This document shows positions 35,656-46,366 of a stretch of DNA of 64,000 nt, one piece after another; the first letter of the stretch is position 1, and every line of letters starts with the position of its first letter. The DNA is taken from NCBI GenBank assembly GCA_963725865.1, contig CAVSAC010000014.1, positions 1,024,001 to 1,088,000 of the forward strand, in the 5' to 3' direction. This DNA comes from Candidatus Eiseniibacteriota bacterium (lineage in GTDB: Bacteria > Eisenbacteria > RBG-16-71-46). The notes below the pieces were generated by a model. That model worked only from the letters and a program-made list of their open reading frames with translations, had not been told where the DNA came from and searched no databases. The position numbers were made by a program, and so were the translations under genes.

Positions 35656-36330
35656 ATGAAACCCCACGACCCCGCCGCACCGTCCAAGCAGGCGATGGAC
35701 GAGCTGGCCTTGCCGCCGACCGCTCCGGCGCCCGTGGCGCCGCGCGCTGCGGCAGCGCCGCACCACCCGCCGGCCGCTCCCGCCGCCCCGGCGGCGACCG
35801 AGCGGGCGCTGGTGGCGCGTGCCGCCGGCGGGGACGAGGAGGCGTTCGCGATGCTGGTGGAGCAGCACAAGGACCGGGCCTACGCGCTGGCACTGCGGAT
35901 GACGCGCTCGCGCGAGGACGCCCAGGACGTCGCCCAGGAGGCGTTCGTGCGCGCCTGGCTGGCGCTGCCGCGCTTCCGCGGCGAATCCTCGTTCGGCACC
36001 TGGCTCCATCGCATCGTCGCCCGCCGCGCGCTCGACCGCTCGATCGCGCTGCAGGCGCGGCGCCGGCGCGAGGCCGACCTGGAGGTCGTGGGCGAGGTGC
36101 CGGTGCCGGCGTCCACGCACGACCCGGGGCTCGCACGCCGCCTCGACCGGCTGGTGGAGGAGCTGAGCCCGGCGCAGCGCGCGGCCGTCACGCTGTACTA
36201 TCGGGAGGACCGCTCGGTCGAGGAGATCGCGGCCGCCCTGGAGATGCCGGAGAACACCGTGAAGACGCACCTGAGCCGGGCGCGCGCGTCGCTGCGCGAG
36301 GCCTGGCTGCGCGAGGAGGGCGGGCGATGA
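35656..36330 (+). CDS. ECF RNA polymerase sigma-70 factor
   Basis: Region 2 DAQDVAQEAFVRAW...FRGESSFGTWLHRI; region 4 SVEEIAAALEMPENTVKTHLSRAR. Confidence 0.92.
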   Translation: MKPHDPAAPSKQAMDELALPPTAPAPVAPRAAAAPHHPPAAPAAPAATERALVARAAGGDEEAFAMLVEQHKDRAYALALRMTRSREDAQDVAQEAFVRAWLALPRFRGESSFGTWLHRIVARRALDRSIALQARRRREADLEVVGEVPVPASTHDPGLARRLDRLVEELSPAQRAAVTLYYREDRSVEEIAAALEMPENTVKTHLSRARASLREAWLREEGGR

Positions 36331-36911
36331 GCTGCGGCGCGCTGGAGCGCTGGCTCGACGACGGCCGGCCGCAGGCCGGCGCGGAGGCGATGCGCGCGCA
36401 CGCGGCCGGCTGTCCGCGCTGCGCCGCGCTGCTGCGCGCCGCCGAGTCGGTCGAGCGGCTGCTCGCGGAGCCCGGCCCCGCGGTGGCGGCGCCGCCGGCG
36501 TTCGCCGCCGAGGTGATGCGCCGGGTGCGCGAGGTGCGCGCCGCGCGCGCCGCCGCGCAGCTGCTGGCGCTGCCGCCGGCGCTCGCGTGGTGGCTGCGGC
36601 TCGCCGCCGATCCGGTGGTCGCCCTCGGGCTGATCCTGGCGTCGCTGCTGGCGTGGCGGCACGAGGCGCTGTGGACGTTCGCCTCCTGGTCCGCGGCGCG
36701 CATCGCGGCGCTGCGCGAGGTCTCGCTGCAGCTGCCGGGGGCCACCTCGCTCACGTTCACGCTGCCCGCGGCGCTGCGCCTGTTCACCGATCCGACCGTG
36801 CTGCTGGGGCTGGTGATGGCGCTGGTGCCGGCGCTGCTGTGGCTGTCGTGGCAGCTCTACCGCTGGTCGGGGCACGCGTTCGCGGGCCCGGATTCGCGCC
36901 GCTCCCGCTGA
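36327..36911 (+). CDS. Zinc-binding (ZAS, zf-HC2-like) membrane anti-sigma factor
   Basis: ATGA coupling; N-terminal Cys plus HAAGCPRC; two TM helices. Confidence 0.8.
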   Translation: MSCGALERWLDDGRPQAGAEAMRAHAAGCPRCAALLRAAESVERLLAEPGPAVAAPPAFAAEVMRRVREVRAARAAAQLLALPPALAWWLRLAADPVVALGLILASLLAWRHEALWTFASWSAARIAALREVSLQLPGATSLTFTLPAALRLFTDPTVLLGLVMALVPALLWLSWQLYRWSGHAFAGPDSRRSR

Positions 36912-37005
36912 GCCCGCCGGCGAGCCCGGCACCCGCCCGCCCGGGCGCGCCCGGCTGACGCGTGCCTGACATGGCGCTGCCGCGCGGTCTGTTACTCTCG
37001 CGCCG

Positions 37006-39285
37006 ATGCGGACCCACCCCACGGGCCACGCGCGCCGCGGCCCGGCGCGCCGCTGGGCGATCGTCGCCCTCGCCGCGGCCGGCTGCCTGCTGCCCGGCTG
37101 CACCCGAACGGAACCGAGAGGAACCCACGCCCTGCACGGGACCGAGGCCACGCGCATGAGCCCGACCTCCGACGCGCACGGACGCACGCCCAACCAGCTC
37201 GTTCACGAGCAGAGTCCCTACCTGCTCCAGCACGCGTACAACCCGGTGGACTGGCACCCGTGGGGCGAGGAGGCGTTCGCGAAGGCGCGCCGCGAGGACC
37301 GTCCGATCTTCCTCTCGATCGGCTACTCCACCTGCCACTGGTGCCACGTGATGGAGCGCGAGTCGTTCGAGGACGACTCGGTCGCGGCGCTGCTCAACGC
37401 CAACTTCGTGTGCATCAAGGTCGACCGCGAGGAGCGTCCCGACGTCGACCGGATCTACATGACCGCGATGCAGGCGCTCGGGATGGGCGGCGGCTGGCCG
37501 CTCAACGTGTTCCTCACGCCCGACCTCGAGCCGTTCTTCGGCGGCACCTACTTCCCGCCGCGCACCCGCGCCGGCCGCGTGGGGCTGATGGAGCTGCTGC
37601 CGCAGGTGCACCAGGCGTGGCTCTCGCAGCGCGCGGCGATCGAGCAGCAGGGCGCGCAGGTGATGCGGGCGCTCGATTCGCTCGCCACGCCCGAGACCGG
37701 GCCCGCCGACCGCGCGCCGCTCGCGGAGGCGGCGTTCGAGGCGCTGGAGCGCTCGCACGACCCCGAGCACGGCGGGTTCGGCTCCAGTCCCAAGTTCCCC
37801 TCGACCGTGAACCTCGACTTCCTGCTGCGCTACGGCACCGACCAGTCGCGGGTGCGGAGCGAGGCGCTCGCGCTGGTGACGCGCCAGCTCGACGCGATGC
37901 GCGCGGGCGGCATCCACGACCACCTCGGCGGTGGCTTCCACCGCTACGCCACCGACCGGGCGTGGGGGATCCCGCACTTCGAGAAGATGCTCTACGACCA
38001 GGCGCTGATCGCCAGCGCCTATCTCGAGGGCTACCAGACGACCGGCGACGTGCGCTACGCCGAGACCGCGCGCGACGTGTTCCGCTACGTCAGGCGCGAC
38101 CTCTCGGATCCGGCGGGCGGCTTCCTGTCGGCCGAGGATGCCGACAGCGAAGGCGAGGAGGGGCGCTTCTACGTCTGGACGCCGGCCCAGGTCGAGTCGG
38201 TGCTGGCGCCGCCGGAGGCCGCGCTGTTCTGCGAGGCGTACGGCGTGACGGCGCACGGCGACTTCGAGCACGGCACCACGGTGCTGCACGAGGCGCGGAC
38301 CGTCGAGGACCTGGCGGGCGCGCACCGGGTGCCGCCGGGCGAGATCGCCGAGCGCCTGGCGCAGGCCCGCGCCGCGCTGTTCGCCGCGCGCGAGCGGCGC
38401 GTGCGGCCGTATCGCGACGACAAGGTGATCACCGCGTGGAACGGGCTGATGATCTCGGCGTGCGCACGCGGCGCGCGGGTGCTGGGCGACGACGCGCTGC
38501 GCGCGCGCGCGGCGGCGGCGGCGGAGTTCGTGTGGGCGCATCTGCGCGATCCGCACGACGGCGCGCTGATGCGGCGCTGGCGCGCGGGGCACGTGGCGGG
38601 CGCCGGGATGCTCGACGACCACGCCGACATGGCGCTCGCGCTGCTCGACCTCTACGCCGCCGATCACGACCCGCGCTGGCTGGCGCGTGCGGTGGAGCTG
38701 ACCGGGGTGATGATCGCGCGCTTCGAGGACCGCCGCGACGGCGGGTTCTACGAGAGCCCGGCGGGCGACCCGAGCGTGAAGGTGCGCATGAAGAACGAGT
38801 TCGACGGCGCCGAGGTCGCCGGCAACTCGATCGCGGTGCAGGTGGTGCAGACCCTCGCGGAGCTGCTCGACCGCGACGACTGGCGCGCGGTCGCGCGCCG
38901 GGCGCTCGACGCCTACGCGCGCCGGCTGCGGCGCGCGCCGGTCGCGATGCCCCGCATGCTGTGCGCGATGCAGCTCGAAGCGGCCACGCCGCGGCAGATC
39001 GTGATCGTCGGCCACCGCGATGCCGCCGACACCCGGGCGCTCGCGCGGGTGCTGGACCGCCGCTTCGCGCCGTACGATGTCCCGCTCTACGTGGATCCCG
39101 CCGCTCCCGGTCCGCTCGCGGATCTCGCGCCGTTCTCCGTGACCCTCCCGATGCAGGCGGGCCAGGCGACCGCCTACGTGTGCGTCGACCGGGCCTGCCA
39201 CCTGCCGGTGACCGACCCCGCGGCGTTCGCGGCGCAGCTCGACGAGCACCCGCGCCGGCCGCTCGCCTCGAAGGAGGATCGATGA
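37006..39285 (+). CDS. YyaL/SSP411-type thioredoxin-domain protein with possible N-terminal lipoprotein signal
   Basis: [65 protein letters not shown]. Confidence 0.92.
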   Translation: MRTHPTGHARRGPARRWAIVALAAAGCLLPGCTRTEPRGTHALHGTEATRMSPTSDAHGRTPNQLVHEQSPYLLQHAYNPVDWHPWGEEAFAKARREDRPIFLSIGYSTCHWCHVMERESFEDDSVAALLNANFVCIKVDREERPDVDRIYMTAMQALGMGGGWPLNVFLTPDLEPFFGGTYFPPRTRAGRVGLMELLPQVHQAWLSQRAAIEQQGAQVMRALDSLATPETGPADRAPLAEAAFEALERSHDPEHGGFGSSPKFPSTVNLDFLLRYGTDQSRVRSEALALVTRQLDAMRAGGIHDHLGGGFHRYATDRAWGIPHFEKMLYDQALIASAYLEGYQTTGDVRYAETARDVFRYVRRDLSDPAGGFLSAEDADSEGEEGRFYVWTPAQVESVLAPPEAALFCEAYGVTAHGDFEHGTTVLHEARTVEDLAGAHRVPPGEIAERLAQARAALFAARERRVRPYRDDKVITAWNGLMISACARGARVLGDDALRARAAAAAEFVWAHLRDPHDGALMRRWRAGHVAGAGMLDDHADMALALLDLYAADHDPRWLARAVELTGVMIARFEDRRDGGFYESPAGDPSVKVRMKNEFDGAEVAGNSIAVQVVQTLAELLDRDDWRAVARRALDAYARRLRRAPVAMPRMLCAMQLEAATPRQIVIVGHRDAADTRALARVLDRRFAPYDVPLYVDPAAPGPLADLAPFSVTLPMQAGQATAYVCVDRACHLPVTDPAAFAAQLDEHPRRPLASKEDR

Positions 39286-41141
39286 TCACGCCCCTGGCGC
39301 GGGCCGCCCGCGTCGCCCTCGCGCTGCTCGCCCTGACGCTGGGCGGCGTTCCGGCGCGCGCCCAGCTCGGCGGCGCGGCCCCCGCGCCGCCCGCGCACGT
39401 TCTCACCGCGACCGCGGGACCCGTGCACGTGACCGCAGGCGGCGGCACGACCGCCGAAGTGCGGCTGACGGTCGCCCCCGGGTGGCACGTGAACGCCAAT
39501 CCACCCAAACCCGACTACATGATCGCCACCGAGGTCGCGATCGCGGGCCAGGGCGGGCTCGGTGCCGGCGCGCCGGCCTACCCCGCGTCGGTGCCGCTCA
39601 AAGTCGGCTTCGAGGAGCAGCCGATCGCGGTCTACGGTGGCAGCGTCACGGTGCGGGTGCCGCTGCGCGCGGCCGCGAGCACGGTGGCGGGCGCCTACGA
39701 GCTGAAGGGCACGGTGCAGTTCCAGGCCTGCAACGACCAGGTGTGCCTGCCGCCCGCGGAGGCGACGTTCAAGCTGGCGGTGATGGTGAGTGGCGGCGCG
39801 GGCGCCGGCGCGGTCTCCGAGACCGCCGCGGCCGCGCCCGCCACGAGCGCCGCGCCCGACTCGCAGGCGGCTGCGACCGCGGTGCACGGCGCATCGCCGG
39901 CCGGCGGGGCGCCGGCGAGTGCCGCGGGCGGCGGCGCGCTCGCCGACGCGCTCGCGCGCGGCGGCCTCGGCTGGTTCCTGGCGCTGTTCCTCGGCGGCCT
40001 CGCGCTCAACCTCACGCCGTGCGTGTTCCCGATGATCGGCATCACAGTCTCGGTGTTCGGCGCGCGCCGCAAGGAGCCGCTGCCCCAGGTGCTCGCGCAC
40101 GCGATCGCCTATGTGCTCGGCATCGCGGTGACGTACTCGGTGCTGGGCGTGATCGCGGGGCTCACCGGCGGGCTGTTCGGCGCGGCGCTACAGAACACCT
40201 GGGTGCTGGTCGCGCTCGGCGCGCTGCTGATCGTGCTCGCGCTGTCGATGTTCGGGCTCTACGAGCTGCAGCCACCGCCGTGGCTGCTCCAGCGCCTCGG
40301 CGGCGCCGACGCCAGCTCACTGCTCGGCATCTTCCTGAACGGCCTCGCGGTCGGGATCATCGCGGCGCCGTGCGTGGGACCGTTCGTGGTGGCAGTGCTG
40401 GCGCTGATCGCCCAGCGCGGGAGCGTGGCGTTCGGGCTCGAGACCATGTTCGTGCTCTCGCTGGGGCTCGGCTTCCCGTACCTGGTGCTGGCGATGTTCT
40501 CGAACCTGCTCCAGAGCCTGCCGCGCGCAGGCGAGTGGATGGTGTGGGTCAAGCACGCGTTCGGCGTCGGGCTCACGGCATTCGGTCTCTACTACGTGCT
40601 GACCGGCCTGGCGCCCGCCTACGTGACCTGGGTGCTGCCGGGCGCGCTGCTGATCGGCGGCGTGTATCTGGGCTTCATCGACCGCCACGGCTCTCAGAAG
40701 GTCGGGTTCCGCGGGTTCAAGATGGCGGTCGGCATGGTCGCGGTGGCGGGCGGCATCGCCTCGATCATGATGCTGCGCGCCGAAGGCATCCGCTTCCAGC
40801 CCTACGACGAGACGGCGATGCGGACCGCGATCGCGCAGGGGCGGCCCGTGATGCTGGAGTTCTCGGCCTCGTGGTGCCTGCCCTGTCACGAGCTCGACCG
40901 CAACACGTTCACCGACCCGCGCGTGAAAGACCTGTCGCGGCGCTACGCGTTGTTCAAGGTCGACCTGACGCACTACGACGCGCCCGAGTCGCAGGCGCTG
41001 CGCGTGCGCTACGGCGTGACGGGCGTTCCCGAGGTGCTGTTCTTCACGCCCGACGGCCGCGAGCTGCGGGACGCGCGGGTGCTCGGGTTCCTGCCGCCGG
41101 GCCCGTTCCTCGAGCGCATGCAGGCGGCGCTGGGCGAGTGA
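39282..41141 (+). CDS. dsbD: Thiol:disulfide interchange protein DsbD (n-, TM- and thioredoxin domains)
   Basis: ATGA coupling; signal peptide; [30 protein letters not shown]. Confidence 0.9.
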   Translation: MITPLARAARVALALLALTLGGVPARAQLGGAAPAPPAHVLTATAGPVHVTAGGGTTAEVRLTVAPGWHVNANPPKPDYMIATEVAIAGQGGLGAGAPAYPASVPLKVGFEEQPIAVYGGSVTVRVPLRAAASTVAGAYELKGTVQFQACNDQVCLPPAEATFKLAVMVSGGAGAGAVSETAAAAPATSAAPDSQAAATAVHGASPAGGAPASAAGGGALADALARGGLGWFLALFLGGLALNLTPCVFPMIGITVSVFGARRKEPLPQVLAHAIAYVLGIAVTYSVLGVIAGLTGGLFGAALQNTWVLVALGALLIVLALSMFGLYELQPPPWLLQRLGGADASSLLGIFLNGLAVGIIAAPCVGPFVVAVLALIAQRGSVAFGLETMFVLSLGLGFPYLVLAMFSNLLQSLPRAGEWMVWVKHAFGVGLTAFGLYYVLTGLAPAYVTWVLPGALLIGGVYLGFIDRHGSQKVGFRGFKMAVGMVAVAGGIASIMMLRAEGIRFQPYDETAMRTAIAQGRPVMLEFSASWCLPCHELDRNTFTDPRVKDLSRRYALFKVDLTHYDAPESQALRVRYGVTGVPEVLFFTPDGRELRDARVLGFLPPGPFLERMQAALGE

Positions 41142-41181
41142 GCGCGCGCCACCGCGCCGCTGAGCGCCCCACGATGCACGA

Positions 41182-41212
41182 AGGGCCGCGTCCCCTCGCG
41201 GGGCGCGGCCCT
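41182..41212. terminator. Hairpin between convergent genes
   Basis: AGGGCCGCGtCCCC-tcgc-GGGGCGCGGCCCT; on the minus strand it is followed by TCGTG. Confidence 0.6.
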
Positions 41213-41234
41213 CGCCATCGCGCGCATCGCGCGG

Positions 41235-41717
41235 CTACAGCCTGAAATTCCAGCCCACCATCAGCTTCAACGACGGGATGTCGCCGATCCCGAGGCGCAT
41301 CTCGCCGAAGAACCGGTTCCCGGACCGCGTGGGAGCCTCGGCGCCGAGGATCAGGTTGGCGCCGACCTCGGTGTCCGAGTTGTCCCGGCCCGGCCCCGAC
41401 ACGTCCCACGAGTAGAACGCGATCCCGAGGCCGCCGCCGGCGTACGGCTGCCAGACCGACTGGGTGTGGAAATGGTACTGCAGGTCGAAGTTCGGCTGGA
41501 CTGTCGTGACGTTGTCGCCGATACCGATCTCGAGGTTCGGGTCGAACGTCAGGTTGGGGGCGATCTCACCGACGTGCAGCTGCGCGCCGAAGGCGAGCTG
41601 GTCGGGGTCGACGCTGGCGCCGACGCGCGGACCCCAGCCGGTGACGGCGGACGGAGCGGCGAGGACCGTGGTGGGCACGAGCGCGGCGAGCGCGCAGGCG
41701 AGGACGATTCCCTTCAA
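41235..41717 (-). CDS. Small outer-membrane beta-barrel protein
   Basis: AAGGAGGT before TTG start; signal peptide; QPYAGGGLG; LMVGWNF near C-terminus. Confidence 0.85.
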   Translation of the reverse strand: MKGIVLACALAALVPTTVLAAPSAVTGWGPRVGASVDPDQLAFGAQLHVGEIAPNLTFDPNLEIGIGDNVTTVQPNFDLQYHFHTQSVWQPYAGGGLGIAFYSWDVSGPGRDNSDTEVGANLILGAEAPTRSGNRFFGEMRLGIGDIPSLKLMVGWNFRL

Positions 41718-41916
41718 TGAGGACCTCCTTGGGTTGACGCTGCGGGGAGCGGACGGGGAGGCCCGGAGGATACGCGGGCGCGGCGCGATACCGCAACGGC
41801 CGAGCCCCTGCGCATCCGTGCCTGCCGCGGGAGCCGACGCGGCCCGCGCCGTCCGGAGACTGCGCTATGCTCGTGCCGCTTCGGACCGCGTTCGGCTGAT
41901 CCCAGGGAGGGTGTGC

Positions 41917-43803
41917 ATGCCGCGTCGTCTCCGCCGTCCGTTCCTTCCGCTCGTGGCGCTGTGCCTCGCGCTGAGCAGCGCCTCCGCGGCGCGCGCGAGC
42001 ATCACGCCCGACGCGCAGGCGGTCATCGACCGCTACGTCGCCGCGATCGGGGGCCGCGCGGTGCTCGACAGCACCCGCACCACGCACCTGTTCGTGACCC
42101 TCGAGGCGTTCGGGTTCAACGGCACGGCGGAGAACTGGACCGAGGCTCCCGACCGCGAGGCGTCCGACGTCACGCTCGGGCCCTTCCACGTGCAGGACGG
42201 CTTCGATGGCACCACCGCGTGGCGCGTCGATCCCTCCGGCACGCTCCTGACGCTCGACGGCAAGGACCTCGAGGAGGCGAAGGCCGGGGCGTGGTTCTCG
42301 AACGACCGCTGGCTGGAGGCCGACCAGGGCGGCGGCCGCATCGCGCGCGTCGGCAGCGAGCGCGATTCCGCCGGCACCTACGACGTGCTCGAGGTGACGC
42401 CCCCGGTGGGCCGGCCGCGCAAGCTCTACGTGGACACGCGCACCGGGCTGCTCGCGCGCTGGGTGGCGGTGCGCGACATGCACACCACGATGACCGAGAA
42501 CCTGGAGTGGGCCGTGTGGGCGGGGCGTCGCATGCCGGTGCGTTCCCGCCAGTCGATGGTGGAGCTGCCCGCGAACACGCTGCTGCAGCGGATCGACTCG
42601 GTGGTGGTGAATGCCGCGGTGCCGGCCGAGCGCTTCGCGCGGCCCGACGAGCGCGCGACCCCGGTCCGCTGGCTCAAGCAGGACGGCGTCGCCCGCCTGC
42701 CGTTCCAGTACCAGGGGCGCCACGTGTGGCTGCGTGCCCGGATCGGCGACGGACCGCCGGCGGACTTCCTGTTCGACACCGGCGCGAGCCTCACGATGCT
42801 CGACAGCGCGTACGCGGCATCGATCGGCATCCACCCGGTCGGCACCATGAGCGCCCAGGGCGCCGGCGCGTCCGGGCGGATCTCGTTCGCGCGCCTGCCG
42901 AGCCTGCGCGTCGAGGCGCCGGACGGCGACGGGATCGAGCTGGCGGATCCCAAGGTCGGCGTGCTCGCGCTCAATTCGATGCTCGCGCCGTACTTCTGGC
43001 GGGACTGCGCGGGCGTGATCGGCTTCGACTTCATCAGCCGCTTCGTCGAGCGCATCGACTACGACGCGCAGGTGCTCACGCTGCGCGATCCGAAGACGTT
43101 CCGCTACGAGGGGACCGGGGCGCGCGTGCCGTTCCGCATCGCGGGCTACATCCCGGTGGTGCCGATGACCATCGACGGCCGCTACGCGGGCGAGTTCCGG
43201 CTCGACGTCGGCAGCAGCAGCACCGTCGACCTCCACACCCCGTTCGTGAAGGAGCACCAGTTGCTCCAGCGGGCTGGCCGCACGCTGGCCGCCACCGAGG
43301 GCGGCTTCGGCGGCACGTTCACCAGCCAGCTCGCGCGGATCGACTCGATCTCGCTCGGGCCGTTCACGTGGAAGGAGCCGATCGTGTCGCTCCAGACCAG
43401 CGAGACCGGCATGCTGGCGAGCACCGACTACGCGGGCAACGTCGGCAACCAGATCCTCGATCGCTTCACGGTGACGTTCGACTACGAGCGCCGCGAGCTG
43501 TGGCTGGAACCCGGCCGGCAGGTCGCGAAGCGGGACGCGTTCTCGCGCCTCGGCGCGCTGCTGGTGCGGATGGACGGCGTGATCAAGGTCGGCCAGGTGC
43601 TGCCCGGCTCCGCCGCCGAGCGGGCCGGGATGCAGCTGATGGACGAGGTGATCCGCATCGACGGCAAGCCCGCGCTCGAGTACGGGCCCGACGGCGTCAA
43701 TCGCATGTTCGAGGAGCGCCGCGCCGGCAGCACCAGCCGGTTCGTCGTGAAGCGCGACGGCCGGCTGGTGAAGCTGAAGGTGAAGCTGCGCGACCTGCTG
43801 TGA
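41917..43803 (+). CDS. Secreted aspartyl protease (two retropepsin-like domains) with N-terminal LolA-like region and C-terminal PDZ
   Basis: GGGAGG RBS; signal peptide; FLFDTGAS...GVIGFDF; RLDVGSS...GNVGNQIL; VLPGSAAERAGMQLMDEVIRIDG. Confidence 0.85.
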   Translation: MPRRLRRPFLPLVALCLALSSASAARASITPDAQAVIDRYVAAIGGRAVLDSTRTTHLFVTLEAFGFNGTAENWTEAPDREASDVTLGPFHVQDGFDGTTAWRVDPSGTLLTLDGKDLEEAKAGAWFSNDRWLEADQGGGRIARVGSERDSAGTYDVLEVTPPVGRPRKLYVDTRTGLLARWVAVRDMHTTMTENLEWAVWAGRRMPVRSRQSMVELPANTLLQRIDSVVVNAAVPAERFARPDERATPVRWLKQDGVARLPFQYQGRHVWLRARIGDGPPADFLFDTGASLTMLDSAYAASIGIHPVGTMSAQGAGASGRISFARLPSLRVEAPDGDGIELADPKVGVLALNSMLAPYFWRDCAGVIGFDFISRFVERIDYDAQVLTLRDPKTFRYEGTGARVPFRIAGYIPVVPMTIDGRYAGEFRLDVGSSSTVDLHTPFVKEHQLLQRAGRTLAATEGGFGGTFTSQLARIDSISLGPFTWKEPIVSLQTSETGMLASTDYAGNVGNQILDRFTVTFDYERRELWLEPGRQVAKRDAFSRLGALLVRMDGVIKVGQVLPGSAAERAGMQLMDEVIRIDGKPALEYGPDGVNRMFEERRAGSTSRFVVKRDGRLVKLKVKLRDLL

Positions 43804-43825
43804 CCGCGGGCGCGTCCGCGCGCGC

Positions 43826-46108
43826 TCAGTCGATCCGCACGAACCGCCGCGCGATCGCTCCGGTGCGGGTGACGAGGCGCGCGAAGTAGACGCCCGCCGT
43901 CGCGCGCGCGCCGCCGCCGTCGCGACCGTCCCACCGCAGCGCGTGTGGTCCCGCCGGGAACACCCCGTGCGCCAGCAGCGCCACGCGGCGGCCGCCGATG
44001 TCGAGCACCTCGACGGTCACCGCTCCTTCCACGGGCAACGTGAACGCGAGGCGCACGGCGCCGTGCGCGGGATTCGGGCTCGGGAGCGCGAACGCCAGCG
44101 CCCGCGGGCCGGTGCCCACCCCGGCCGCGGCGAGGATGTGGAACACCGAGTCGCTGACCGCCACGCCGGCGTGGAGTGCCAGGTCGAGCGCTGTCACGCG
44201 CACCAGCGCGCTGTCGGTGAGCAGGTCCGGCACCACCCAATCGAGCGAGTCCACCGCCGCGCCGCTCGCGAGCAGCGTCTCCCACGGCCCACCGGCGCCG
44301 TGGTACGAGACCTCGAGCTGTACCGAGTCCACGCCGACGTTGTCGGTCGCGGTCCAGCGGATGCGCCGCAGATCGCCGACCCGCCAGCGCTCGCCGCCGA
44401 CCGGCGCGAGCAGCGCGACCAGCGGGGCGGCGGCGTCCGCGAAGGTCGCGGTGATGCTGCGGGCGCCATCGACGGTGACGAACAGCGTGTCGCCGTTGAC
44501 CACGGTCCCGGCGGTGTCACCGCTCCAGCCCGCGAATCCCCAGCCGGCGTCGGGCACGGCCAGCAGGCGAACCGGCGTGCCGAACGGATAGCTCGGCAGG
44601 TCGGGAGTCCGGGACACCGTGCCCGCGCCCACCGTGGTGACTTGGAGCGCGACCGAATCGGGCGCGAAGCTGGCGGCGATGGTGTGGTTCGCGACCACGA
44701 AGTTGAACGTGTAGCCGGCGAGCGCGCCGACCGCGGCCCCGTCGACCAGCACGCCGGCGACGTGCTGCCCGGCGGCGGGCGCGATGGTGAACGCCTGGTT
44801 CGAGCCCTGCAGCACCGGAACCGCGCCCGCCGGAGCGATCGTGCCGCCGGCGCCGGCGGTGGCGGTGATGATCCAGCGGTCGACCGTGAAGTCGGTGGAG
44901 CTGGAGTCCGAGCCGAAGTTGCCCGCGGCGTCGCGCGCGGTCACGCGCACGCGCGCCGTGGTGGTCGGCGTGTTCGGCACCGTCCACGCGTAGAGGCCGA
45001 GATGGACGAGGCCGGCCGCGATCGGGCTCCAGCTCGCGCCGCCGTCGGTCGACCAGTCGATGTCGATCGCGCTCACGCCCACGTTGTCGGAGGCGGTCCA
45101 CTGGATCGAGCGCGTGGCGCCCGCCTTCCAGACCTCGCCGCCGTTCGGGGCGGTGAGGTTCACGACCGGCGCCTGGGTGTCGCCGGCAGCCACGCCACGC
45201 CGCGCGGCCCAGTAGACCGCGTTCATGAACAACGTGCTGTCGGTGGCGCCCGCCTCGCCCCAGCCGTCGAAGATGCTGGAGTTGCCCGGCTGCGCCGAGC
45301 CGTCGTCCATCGGGCTCGAGTCGCCGACCACCACCACGCGGCCGTTGCCGTAGACCGCGCTGGCGGCCATCGCGCTGGTCGTGCTGCCCTGCGCGACGCC
45401 GGTCATCCACACCTCGCCGCGCACGGTCGGGTTGAGCGCCGGGTAGAGCGTGAACGTGGTGCCGTTGTGGAACGCCAGCCCCGTGACGTTGCCGACCGGA
45501 CCGCGGATGATCGAGTCGCTGAGCGACGCGTTCACGTTGGTCGAGGTCTGGACGATGTTGTTGTTGGCGTCCCCGACGGTCCCGGCGTGGATGCCCCAGA
45601 GCCGGGTCGCGTCGAGCGCGTTGTAGACCTCGGGCGAGTCCCAACCATCGCCGTTGCGGTCGGAGGCGTTGTGGTCGGTCACCACGATCAGACCGCCGCC
45701 ATCGCGCACGTAGTTGAAGATGGCGATCGACTCGGCCGCGGAGAACGGCGAGTTGGGCTCCGGCAGCACGAACACGTCGTACTTCGACAGGTCGTGCGCG
45801 TTCGCCGCGTTGCCGTACGAGATCGGGTAGCCGGAGCCGAGGGTGGCGACCTGGAAGCCGCGCTTCACCAGGTCGATGCCCCACGAGGAGATGGCGCCGA
45901 GCCAGTACGTGCGCGCCGTGCCCGCGGTGACGGTGCTCTGGTCGGGAATGGGCAGCGGCTGATCGGTGTCGATGATCCAGTCCGCGTTGCCCGCCGTCTC
46001 GCCCTTGAGATTGTCGAACAGCACCTTCGTCGGGGCGGCAGTGGCCGGCCAGGCGGCCAGCAGGCCGAGGAGCACGAGGGTTGCGACCAGGCTACGGGAA
46101 TGCGCCAT
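43826..46108 (-). CDS. Secreted modular protein: N-terminal GldG/DUF4350-like alpha/beta domain, Ig-like and InlB-B-like repeats, FlgD/T9SS-like C-terminal domain
   Basis: Signal peptide; VLFD...ETAGNADW, YDVFVLPEPN, GGGL, GRVVVVGDSS; FAGWSGD; PSPNP...VLDIGGRRVA...WDGRD...GVYFARL. Confidence 0.8.
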   Translation of the reverse strand: MAHSRSLVATLVLLGLLAAWPATAAPTKVLFDNLKGETAGNADWIIDTDQPLPIPDQSTVTAGTARTYWLGAISSWGIDLVKRGFQVATLGSGYPISYGNAANAHDLSKYDVFVLPEPNSPFSAAESIAIFNYVRDGGGLIVVTDHNASDRNGDGWDSPEVYNALDATRLWGIHAGTVGDANNNIVQTSTNVNASLSDSIIRGPVGNVTGLAFHNGTTFTLYPALNPTVRGEVWMTGVAQGSTTSAMAASAVYGNGRVVVVGDSSPMDDGSAQPGNSSIFDGWGEAGATDSTLFMNAVYWAARRGVAAGDTQAPVVNLTAPNGGEVWKAGATRSIQWTASDNVGVSAIDIDWSTDGGASWSPIAAGLVHLGLYAWTVPNTPTTTARVRVTARDAAGNFGSDSSSTDFTVDRWIITATAGAGGTIAPAGAVPVLQGSNQAFTIAPAAGQHVAGVLVDGAAVGALAGYTFNFVVANHTIAASFAPDSVALQVTTVGAGTVSRTPDLPSYPFGTPVRLLAVPDAGWGFAGWSGDTAGTVVNGDTLFVTVDGARSITATFADAAAPLVALLAPVGGERWRVGDLRRIRWTATDNVGVDSVQLEVSYHGAGGPWETLLASGAAVDSLDWVVPDLLTDSALVRVTALDLALHAGVAVSDSVFHILAAAGVGTGPRALAFALPSPNPAHGAVRLAFTLPVEGAVTVEVLDIGGRRVALLAHGVFPAGPHALRWDGRDGGGARATAGVYFARLVTRTGAIARRFVRID

Positions 46109-46366
46109 TCAGGATCTCCGTGCGCGCACCAGGTGTCGCGGCTGAGAGGACGTGTCTGTGGGCGTGCGGGACGGAGGGAAGGGGCGATTCCCCGACCGAT
46201 CACCGACTGCAAGGGACGGAGAGTGTAGAGGAGACCCGCGGCGCGCTCCAAGCGCGGCGCCCGGCCGGGGCCGTGCGGAGCACCGGACCGCGCGGCCGAC
46301 CGGACTGCCGCACGATCGCCCGCGGACCTGGCGGCGCGCCGCCCGCCGCCCGCTGGCGCGATCGGG

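Noticed and set aside
37260..39281. Fusion of YyaL region with DsbD (1293-aa ORF)
   Set aside because: The upstream part is off-frame to YyaL; AAGGAGG precedes ATG 39282.
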